Origin: Antedon mediterranea
Taxonomy: Eukaryota > Animalia > Echinodermata
Assembly: GCF_964355755.1 (NCBI RefSeq)
Contig: NC_092671.1
Coordinates: forward strand, 26,672,070-26,736,069
DNA: 64,000 nt
Direction: 5' to 3'
Every line of letters begins with the position of its first letter. Position 1 is the stretch's first letter. The position numbers and the translations under genes are program-made. Of this stretch, positions 54,901 to 64,000 are shown one piece after another. The notes beneath the pieces were generated by a model that saw only the letters and a program-made list of their open reading frames with translations, searched no databases and was not told the DNA's origin.

Positions 54901-57900
54901 ATATCCATTTATTCCAAATATTATAGTGCCATCTCAAGTTTCATAAAACTTCTTGATATTGCATTTTCCCAAGTTGGGGGATCTGTAACAATAAATCTGG
55001 TTTCTGAATTGTGCAAGAAAAGTTTCCATTACAGTACGCAGAATGAATGTTGAATATTATGTTAAAATGTTTAAAAAGTACAAAATACCAACAGATTAAA
55101 CAAGTTATAATCACCTATTAAATTTCAAATTGAATTTCCCTGGATTAAAAAGAAGTTGGTTGTTTGTGCGGTAGACAGGGGGTCTCAAACAATTTATTTG
55201 TCTGTCTTTCACTTTTTTCAAAGTTTATACTTGAATGGTTTTCTTTTCAGAGATTGCTGGACACCCTCAAACAAGATGGCAGCGAACAGCAAAGGCGGCT
55301 TGCAGACATGAGTCGTAAGATGACTGTGCTACGGGTCAATGAACAGGCTCTTACAAGACGTTACACTGCCTACCAAGAAGTCGAGGCCACACTTAGAAAG
55401 GTAATTTGATGTTCACACTATATCTGCCTGTATTGTGTAAGCAAAATATATGTACAGTATCACTGGCTGGTTTAGAATTTATTCTGTGTTTATTTTGATG
55501 TATGTGTACAGTAATTTTTATATAGAATAGAAAGTTTGTCAAGTCGATTAAACTTAACAGGTAGCACATATTCTAATTTTCTGGAACAGTTTCTTCATTA
55601 TATTTTCTGTATTGCATATGAGACTTTAACTGGACAAATGTAGCACAAATTCGAGAGGAGAGACTATAAAAGAAAGATAAAATGAAATGAAAAAAACGTG
55701 AATCGTTAAGAAAAAATCTTTGTAAAGTTATTGTATTAAATAGCATAATGTTGTTACCACTGCACATATTTGTTTGCATGTTAAGACAGCCTTTAGTCTA
55801 CTTTTTATTCACTTTATAATTAAAATAAGAATAAACAACTTATTGGTATGTGTTTTTACAACAACAAAAAATAGGAGAGCAATCGATCACACAATGAAAT
55901 GGTGCAGATGGAGACGGCTGTAACAGAAAGGCTAGGCTATCTTCAAAGACACAAGGTAAATTTCAAAATTGTAAATGTTAAGTGTTATTTTGATTTCTAC
56001 AATTGACAAAATGTATGTACTGTATTTCCATGATCGAAAAATAAATTCTCAAATTGTTTTTTTTTATCGCTTGTATTTGTTTTTAAGGAATCATCGCAAT
56101 TCAAGATTGCAGCGTTGCAGCGGGCGCTGGATGACAGTGTCCCTGCGAATGAACTTGATCATCTGATGAGGAAGTTCAATGACCTAACTACCAAGTATAG
56201 AGAGGTTCTTGAAATGGACAATAAACTGGTCACTAGAAATGCTCATATTGACCATTTGGAGGTTAGTCATTTTTTTTTTAGAACTGCTTGTATTGACCAT
56301 TTAGGGGTTTGTCACTAAAAATGCTCATATTGACCATTTGTAGATTGTCATTAAAAATGCTCATATTGACCATTTGGAGATTAGTCATTAAAAATGTTCA
56401 TATTGACCATTTGTAGATTAGTCATTAAAAATGCTCATATTGACCATTTGTAGATTAGTCATTAAAATGCTCATGTTGACCATTTGGAGATTAGTTATTA
56501 AAAATGCTCATATTGACCATTTGGAGATTAGTCGTTAAAAATGCTCATATTGACCATTTGGGGTTTAGTCAATATAATAGCTCATATTGACCATTTGGAG
56601 ATTAGTCATTAAAAATGCTCATATTGACCATTTGGAGGTTAGTCATTAAAAATGCTCATATTGACCATTTGGAGATTAGTCATTAAAAATGCTCATATTG
56701 ACCATTTGGAGATTAGACCATTTTTTCACAATCATAACTTATTTTTTCAAATAACTAGCATATAGGAAATGAGAAAATAATTACTATTTGTTCCAACAAT
56801 TCGAGTAAGCCCCAGTTGCCTAATGTCTTTTTTAGTAATGTATTCACTCCTAGTTATCATCACTTTTTATCCTGTTGTATATTTTTCACCGTTGTTTCGT
56901 CTTCCATTTACTAAAATCTTGCACAATTGCAGATATTTTTGTTGATAATGAAAAGTGATTTATGTGGTCATTTTCTGTACTAATTTTATTTTCATTTATA
57001 GATGGAAAATACCAAGATGCAGAAAGAATCTGAAGAATTAAAGCGAGAACTGACACAAGAAAAAGAAAAACTGCATACATTAGAACAAGCTATGGAAGAA
57101 CTTTCCAAAATAGGAGGTATAAAAATACTGTCAAAACACTTCCACAATGTACTGTATTATGTTCTCATTTGAAAGGTATCCATTACCATTATGCAATTTA
57201 TAAAACACCTGTCATTTGATTCGAGGATTTTGGGTTACATGATATTCAATAAATATTCTATTGAACTCTTAATTACATCATTGAGAATGCAATGCTGTTA
57301 TGTGCAAGTGCGCAAATGTTTGCGCAACACAAGGCTAAGCTATCGCTGACTGATACGTTTGATAAACCTGTAGTGTGTGAATCTATAATTGTTACTGGAG
57401 CGCTTCCTTCTCAAATAGTTTGGACCATTATTATAAAACAAACAATGAATGTTTTTTTATTATTTAATTTCATTCAGTTAAGTTAAAAATATAACCATTA
57501 CAGTATATCGCTATATGAAAGTATGCATCTTGCATTCTAGCCTTTTCATCCACACCCAATCTTTCTATTTTTTGTTAGAATATTATCTAAATAAACAGAA
57601 TTAGTTGTTTTTATATATACGGTATTTATACACATAGTAGCAAGTATAGGTGAGACACGCAACTAGCATTTCAAGAAGATAGAGGTTAAATAATGTAACA
57701 AATACATTCTATTGTATTGTTCTATTGCTTATCATAGTGAAGGGCAGTCACGGTGTAAATGACTCGCATTACATGTCAATATCAAAGAAGATGACAATGC
57801 TAGAGATGAAAGAACTCAACGAGCGACAGAGGGCAGAACATGCTTCCCGTATGCAAGAACAGCTGAAGAAAACGGTCAACGAACTTGAGAACAGAAACTT

Positions 57901-58376
57901 GGAACTGGAGCAAAAATTTGCTGAGGTATCTTAGTAGCTAATAGCTAATATAGTACTATGGCTAATAATATGATCTCTTTTCAGTCATTTGATGTTCCTT
58001 CTAACAGTCTTCTCCTCAATTCATATTAACCAAAGAAGTTAACAAATAGCTAGTCAATCGTTTACTCCATATTTACAAATAATACAGTACAAACTTTTAT
58101 GTAAACCGACTATACAATTTTCAATGCATTGCTTAGGCTTGCTACTAGATAGCAACTAGTTATTGGCAAGGCCGCTGACTCTAGCAAAAAAATGGCAATT
58201 TTATAATATTTTCACAGCTAACCAAGATGAATTTAGAGTCACAACGAACTGAACGTGAGTTAAGAGATGAACTAGCTAATGCTGTTACAAAAGCCATTAA
58301 CGATATCGACAAAAAACGCATCACAGAACTAGAGAAGTTACATTTAAAATTACAGACAGATAACTCTAAACTTAAG
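33987..58376 (+). CDS. CEP290: Centrosomal protein of 290 kDa, first 24 coding exons (about 1156 aa; gene continues beyond the window)
   Basis: The N-terminus MAPINWKQLMAVDLETLEEEEADQL resembles CEP290, followed by long coiled coil with EDLRERLGL, YKRKFAVMRHQQGL, LRVNEQALTRRY and LEMKELNERQRAEHA. Phase-consistent GT-AG exons: 33987-34079, 34980-35136, 40486-40541, 41969-42115, 42241-42294, 42650-42802, 43313-43495, 43759-43848, 43950-44072, 44314-44437, 44824-44993, 45307-45377, 45707-45973, 46279-46435, 46981-47202, 47523-47687, 48481-48630, 54241-54459, 55251-55400, 55875-55955, 56088-56261, 57002-57116, 57738-57925, 58218-58376. Confidence 0.95.
36518..39047. mobile_element. TIR element with long imperfect inverted ends carrying a 77-bp satellite
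   Basis: GGTCGAAGCGGCCGCCAAC..AAAGCGGCCGC at 36518 is inverted at 39017-39047, with similarity extending more than 100 bp inward. Confidence 0.7.
37310..38790. repeat. Tandem repeat, ~76-78-bp unit, about 19 copies
   Basis: Unit GATTCGGCAATACCGTACGTAAATTATTAATGCAATACTGTATAAAGATTCG... with a period of 77 between 37505 and 37582. Confidence 0.95.
41322..41460 (-). mobile_element. Penelope-like terminal-repeat fragment between (TA)n runs; inverted partial copy at about 30253-30330
   Basis: Carries the hammerhead; about 75 bp shared with 30253-30330; TA microsatellite flanks. Confidence 0.55.
41422..41458 (-). ncRNA. Minimal type I hammerhead ribozyme, Penelope-like-element type
   Basis: The minus strand reads GCA-CUGAUGA-A-GGGC-uaguguu-GCCC-GAAA-GC-UC-UGC: both core boxes, a 4-bp stem II, a 3-bp stem I and a palindromic AGCU in place of stem III. 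Confidence 0.7.
49001..50900. repeat. Near-perfect 50-bp minisatellite, 38 copies
   Basis: Unit AATATAGGTATGCAAA(C/T)AATAACAAATTACAAAGAACCGTATACAATAAT; only position 17 varies. Confidence 0.98.
51458..52480 (-). pseudogene. Disrupted TRIM-like sequence (RING, B-box, coiled coil, C-terminal TM) with no intron in the coding part, nested antisense in a CEP290 intron
   Basis: From ATG 52480: CSMC...CGHSFCLNCL, a frameshift at the homopolymer near 52340, CALC, B-box CEKSDH...WCETCMQLICIVC...HHRH, a stop at 52069, coiled coil, then hydrophobic AFIFILIILSLFCLYFTL. Confidence 0.8.
53277..53913 (+). mobile_element. Non-autonomous Helentron/HINE-like element
   Basis: 5' TTACCTTC..AAGGAGG, then (GTTT)n GTTAGCAGGATTACTCAAAAA, and 3' GGCAGAGGTATGCACTCTC...TTCTAGTT; this layout is typical of such elements. 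Confidence 0.6.
56236..56720. repeat. 37-bp tandem repeat derived from the 3' end and splice donor of the CEP290 exon at 56088-56261
   Basis: Unit AAAAATGCTCATATTGACCATTTGGAG(A/G)TTAGTCATT, about 12-13 copies. Confidence 0.9.
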
Positions 58377-58907
58377 GTTGGTATTTGAATTTATATTTAT
58401 GTTGAATATGATAGTATACAAACATTTACTGGGCTGAGGGGCACAGCAAAAAAATATAGCCAAGGTGATCTGGAGACTATACTATATCCCAAGACAAAGT
58501 TATATTTTCGTGCCACAACTTTATCCAGCTATATCCCTAGAGGACTACTCATTCAACTGTATCAAGCTTATTATATAAGGCTGAAATTTTCGATATTTTG
58601 TAAACTCGACTAATTGATAGGTCCAAGCTGCTGGACCCAAAAAACGTCTGGAAATGCTCACGGTTGAATAATTTTGAATTCTCGCCCTTTGATTGGTTGA
58701 CTTGACGAAAATGAAGTCACGATGTACTGAGGACTGCATGTCCAACACACAGGAAAATAATGTATTGAAATTCTTTGAATTTTAGGTTAAATAAAGACTT
58801 TTATTTAATAAACATGTAATATCGTATTTGATTGTATTTTACAATGTTAATATACAAAATATATTACTAAAAACCATAATTTTTTAAGTTCATACAATTG
58901 CCTACTA

Positions 58908-61900
58908 GGCTAGTCAATCTAGCAAAAAAAACAGCCCAAAGTGAAACAAATTGCAAACAGAGATTTTTCTTTTTTATATGGTCATATATGATGAGGAGAT
59001 CAAAATTTGAGCATCACACCTCTGTCACTCATCCCGATGATATGCAAATTAGCTTAAATATGCAAATTAGGGTGAAATTACAGGGTTACCATATCTCAAA
59101 AACTACTAGTCCGAGAGAGTTGATATTTTCACTGATCTATTCAAAATGTATATATTTATATTTACTCTAATGAAACATTTTACGAAAAAATGACCGGAAC
59201 TACAACATTTGACCTTCGACCCCATTTCCCAATGTTTGCATATACAATGTGACTAAAATGTCTGTAGAGACTTTATTTTGCCCTCAAATGACCCAGACAT
59301 AGGTTCCTAATAACCAGCATAGGATCACTTTGTAATTCCCAAAATCACACCTTTGTCACACACCTCAAAAGTATGCAAATTAGTAGTACAATTTAAATAA
59401 AATATGCAAATAAGGGGAAAAAATTACAGTTTTCCTATATCTCGAAAACCACTAATGCTAGAGAGCTGATTTTTTCACAGCCGTATTCAAAATGTACATA
59501 TTTCTATTTGCTCCAATGAAACATTTTACAAAAAATTGACCGGAAGTATGACATTTGACCCTCGACCCCATTTCTCAATATTGCATATATAAATGAAACT
59601 AAAATGTCTGTAGAGACTTTGTTTTGCCCTCAAATGACTCCGATACAGGTTTCTAATAGCCAACATAGGACTGTTTAGTAGATCTCAAAATCACACCTGT
59701 ATCACTCGCCTTCAAAGTATGCAAATTATTAGTACAAGTTACATGAAATATGCAAATTAGAGGGTGAAATTAAAGGTTCCTATATATCGAAAACCACTAA
59801 GGCTAGAGAGTTGATTTTTTCAATAACTTGTTAAGAATGTACATATTTATATTTACTCTAATGAAACATTTTACGAAAAAATGACCGGAAATACAACAAT
59901 TGACCCTCGACCCCATTTATCAATGTTTGCATACATAATGCGACTAAAATGTCTGTAGAGACTTTGTTTTGGACTCAAATAACTCGGATACATGTTTCCT
60001 ATAGTCAGCATAGGACCGCTTTGTAATTCCCAAAATCACGCCTTCATTTTGGCATGGTTGGAATTCCTTTTTTTCGTATTAGTTTATGTACAGCGCTTAG
60101 AGGTTTCACAACATTAGGCGCTATATAAATCCAGGATATTATTATTATTATTTCTCAATATTTGCATAATGCAACTAAAATGTATGTACAGACATTGTTT
60201 TAGCCTCAAATGACTCGGATACAGGTTTTATATAGCCAGTATAAGTCAAGCACCTCGAAAGGATGCAAATTAGTAGTACAAGCTATATGAAATATGCAAA
60301 TTACAGTGAATTGCCTTATGTATCTCGAAAACGCTAATGACCGAGAGAGAGAGAGAGAGATATGGCAACTTTCTAGTACTACTGATTTGCATACTTTCAA
60401 GCGAAGTACCAGAGGTGTGATTTTGAGAATTACTAAACAGTTCTATGCTGGCTATAGAAAACCTGTATCTGGGTCATTATTGAAAAAAAAATTATCGAAA
60501 GTATGACATTTGACCCTCGAACCTATTTCTCAATATTTGCATATAATGTAACTAAAATGTATGTACAGACTTTGTTTTGGCCTCAAATGACTTGGATACA
60601 GGTTTTATATAGCCAGTATAGGATCGTTTAGTAATTCCAAAAAGTCAAGCAACTCGAAAGTATGCAAATTATTAGTACAAGTTATATGAAATATGCAAAT
60701 TACAGCCTTATGTATCTCAAAAAACGCTAATGACCGATAGAGATATGGCAACTTTCACCTCTTGTACTACTAATTTGCATATTTTCTAGGGAAGTAACAA
60801 AGGTGTGATTTTGAGAATTACTAACAGTTCTATGCTGGCTATAGAAAACCTGTATCTGAGTCATTTGAGGCCAAAACAGTCTGTACAGATATTTTAGTTG
60901 AATTATATGAAAATATTGAGAAATAGGGTCAAGGGTCAAATGTCATAATTCAATCATGACAATTTTTGCGTAAAATGTTTCATTACAGCGAATCTAAATA
61001 ATAATATGTACATTCTGAATCAACTCTGAATTCAAATCAACTCTCTAGCATTAATGGTTTTCGAGATATGGGAAGACTGAAATTTCACCCCTAATTTGCA
61101 TATTTCATGTAACTTGTACTAATAATTTGCATACTTTCAAGGTATGTGACAAAGATGTGATTTTGGGAATTACAAAGCGGTCCTATGCTGACAATAGGAA
61201 AACTGTATCCGAGTCATTTGAGTCCAAAAAAATTATCTACAGACATTTTAGTCGCATTATTTATGCAAACATTGATAAATAGGGTCAAGGGTCAATTGTT
61301 GTATTTCCGGTCATTTTTTCGTAAAATGTTTCATTAGAGCAAATATAAATATGTACATTCTGAACAAGTTTTTGAAAAAATCAACTCTCTACCTTAGCGG
61401 TTTTCGATACATATAGGAACCTGTAATTTCACCCCCTAATTTGCATATTTCATGTAACTTGTACTAATAATTTGCATACTTTGAAGGTGAGTGATACAGG
61501 TGTGATTTTGAGATTTACTAAACATTCCTATGTTGGCTATTAGAAACCTGTATCCGAGTCATTTGAGGGCAAAACAAAGTCTCTAAAGACATTTTAGTTT
61601 TCATTATATGCAATATTGAGAAATGGGGTCGAGGGTCAAATGTCATAGTTCCGGGCATTTTTTTGTAAAATGTCTCATTACAGCAAATATAAATATATAC
61701 ATTTTAAATATTTTAGTGAAAAAATCAACACTCTAGCATTGGCGGTTTTCGAGATATGGCAACGCTGTAATTTCACTCCCTAATTTGCATATTTAATATT
61801 ACTTGTACTACTAATTTGCATACTTTCGAGGTGCATGACGAAGTTGTGATTTTAGGAATTATAATACAGTTCTATGGTGGGTATTGAAAAACAATATCCA

Positions 61901-62275
61901 AGTCATTGAGTCCAAAATAAAGTCTCTACAGACATTTTAATCACATATTTATGTAAATATTGAGAAATGGGGTCAAGGGTCAAAATTTGGTACTTCCGGA
62001 CATTTTTATGTAAAATGTCTCATTAGAGCAAATATAAATATATATATTCTGAACCAGACTGTGCAAAAATGAACTCTCTACGATTAGTAGTTTTTAAGAT
62101 ATGGTAACCCTGTAATTTCACCCTAATTTGCATATTTAAGCTAATTTGCATACCTTCGGGATGAGTGTCAGAGGTGTGATGCTCAAAAAATAATCACCTT
62201 ATTATATGTAACCATTTAAAAAAAAAAAATCTCTGTTTGCAATTTGTTTCACTCAAAATGCTAGATTGACTAGCC
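58908..62275. mobile_element. Foldback-type DNA transposon with ~345-bp tandem units in inverted arms
   Basis: TA|GGCTAGTCAATCTAGCA ... TGCTAGATTGACTAGCC|TA; AATGAAACATTTTAC recurs at 59169, 59515 and 59860 and inverted in the right arm; a related end fragment lies at about 43510-43675. Confidence 0.85.
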
Positions 62276-63195
62276 TATACTGTTGGAAAATTGCTAAAAT
62301 TATTTTCGGCGATGTTTACAGACTTTTATAATTCATTCTTTATTTTAATAAATATTTTATAAAATATCAACAGGCAATGTATGCTATTAACTGTTAATGT
62401 TGCATCGTTATCCCTAGCTAGGTAGTATGCCTATATACATGTGGGCCTGGTCAAATTAGGGAGTAATTAATGCTCCTACCAACCAATATAAATTAGATAG
62501 GTCCATACATATTAGTCCGGTGGCAGGAGGGGGGAATCACCACCCGAAAGGGGACAAATTGCCATCCAACTTTTCTAGACCAGAATTTTCCGTAGATTAC
62601 GAATATGGAAGGTAATCGATCAGGATAGGAAGCGTTTTCGAGATATAAGGGGTCAAAGTTCAAAATTGACTATAATGTGTATAATATGTATTATAACAAA
62701 TTTATTGAAGCACAATTTGGTCTTTTATTACATTTTTATGATTATAGGTATCTATTCAATCATCTTATGAAAAAAAAATCCTTTGTGATTAAGGGTCAAA
62801 TGTCAATATTGACCAATCATAGAACGTACCTATAAAACCAAATAAAAACTAATATTTAATAAAAATCGGATGTTTTCTCATCCTGTTAATCAATCATACG
62901 CAATGTAAAAGAGCGAATACATCATTTCATCAGTTGACATAAGGTCAATTTCATCAGTTGACATAAGGTCAAAGGTCAACATTTTAATACGCGTATTAGT
63001 TAACAAATAAATGCAAAGTTGTTATTGATGGTTTTACAAGTAATCAAATTATTGGATTAGTAAAGTTATGTTATTTCATTATAATACTGTATTTAATCAA
63101 ATCAGACTTCGATCAGGATAGGAAGCGAATAGGAAGAGATAAGGGGTCAAAGTTCAAAATTGACCAATTATAACAATGTATTATATACATATGTA

Positions 63196-63815
63196 TCTAT
63201 ATATAAATTTACGCAAGGGCAAAATTCGGTAAATCGCGCGTTATTTCTAGAATGTTTACTCGATGGTATGTAAAGTTGGTTCGTACTTTCGGTACTGATT
63301 TTAACCACTTGATGTAACCCTGTTTACTAATTAAATTGAGTTCGATAATTAGTTATTGACGATTAAAACGAATTTAGGTTCAACGATGTGCCCCAAATAG
63401 GGGTGTTTTTCGATCGTGGTATACACTGTCTAATGGATGTCCGTTTTGAAAAATACCCACAGACAATAATACGAGGATGCTTCTCATTTTCCTATCTCCT
63501 CCTACGATAATTGTTTTTAATGGCTGAAAACCGGTTGAACAGCTCGAGTACAGCATCATAATGTTGAAGACAGGCCGATTTTCTTAAAAAAATACTATTT
63601 TGATAGATTTAATATACGTTTATACAAATGTATTGATTTGCGATGAATGGAACATTCCAATCTCTGTTCCTCAAGTGTCTATTCCCTCAGGCGTCGTAAA
63701 GGCAAGTACTGTATACTCAAACAGAAATTCGATCCATTTTTTTTTCAATCTGTGCTGCAGTGGTTGGATATACATTTTGTTTTAAACGGATAATGAGCTA
63801 GAGTTTTCACTCGTC
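63196..63815 (+). mobile_element. 3'-truncated copy of the Helitron family at 4651
   Basis: Starts A|TCTATATATAAATTTACGCAAGGGC and is colinear with 4651-4974 plus 6531-6830. Confidence 0.85.
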
Positions 63816-64000
63816 GTATATTATGTACAAATCTTTATTATTGCAATTAAACCACCCACATCATCACCCTTCTCTCACTGGCATGAGTAGCGTTGTAAAA
63901 CCAGTAGAGGATCGGTACATCACATGCCCTAAACGCAGAACAACTTTGGTGGGTAGGGTAGGAACCAACTTAAGTATGAATTGGCTCTAAGAAACAATTG

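Overview
AT-rich, intron-containing metazoan genomic DNA; the gene content, GT-AG introns and repeat types suggest an invertebrate deuterostome, probably an echinoderm (inference). Exon chains were read by hand and checked for phase. Genes: (1) the 3' part of a mucin-like, probably GPI-anchored surface protein (+, 826-3220); (2) a complete 5-exon, 143-aa secreted cysteine-rich protein with an antistasin-like module that the ORF track misses (-, 8407-12930); (3) a divergent protein kinase (-, 23499-25545) and its decayed tandem copy (18738-20312); (4) an adhesion-GPCR 7TM pseudogene between the two kinase copies; (5) the first 24 coding exons of CEP290 (+, 33987-58376, continuing past the window), with a disrupted TRIM-like RING/B-box/coiled-coil/TM sequence antisense in one intron. 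Much of the rest is mobile DNA: a Helitron nested in reverse inside its own family, Tx1-like and Rex1-like LINE relics, a MULE-like element, a hAT element inside a multi-level nest, three TIR elements carrying satellites, and a Penelope-type minimal hammerhead ribozyme. The most striking pattern is a set of apparent transposon excision scars (TA>TAGGCCTA, TAGCCTA, TACCGTA, and 24-28 bp CATG palindromes with 7-bp duplications). For the TA-type scars, candidate donor elements are present in the same window.
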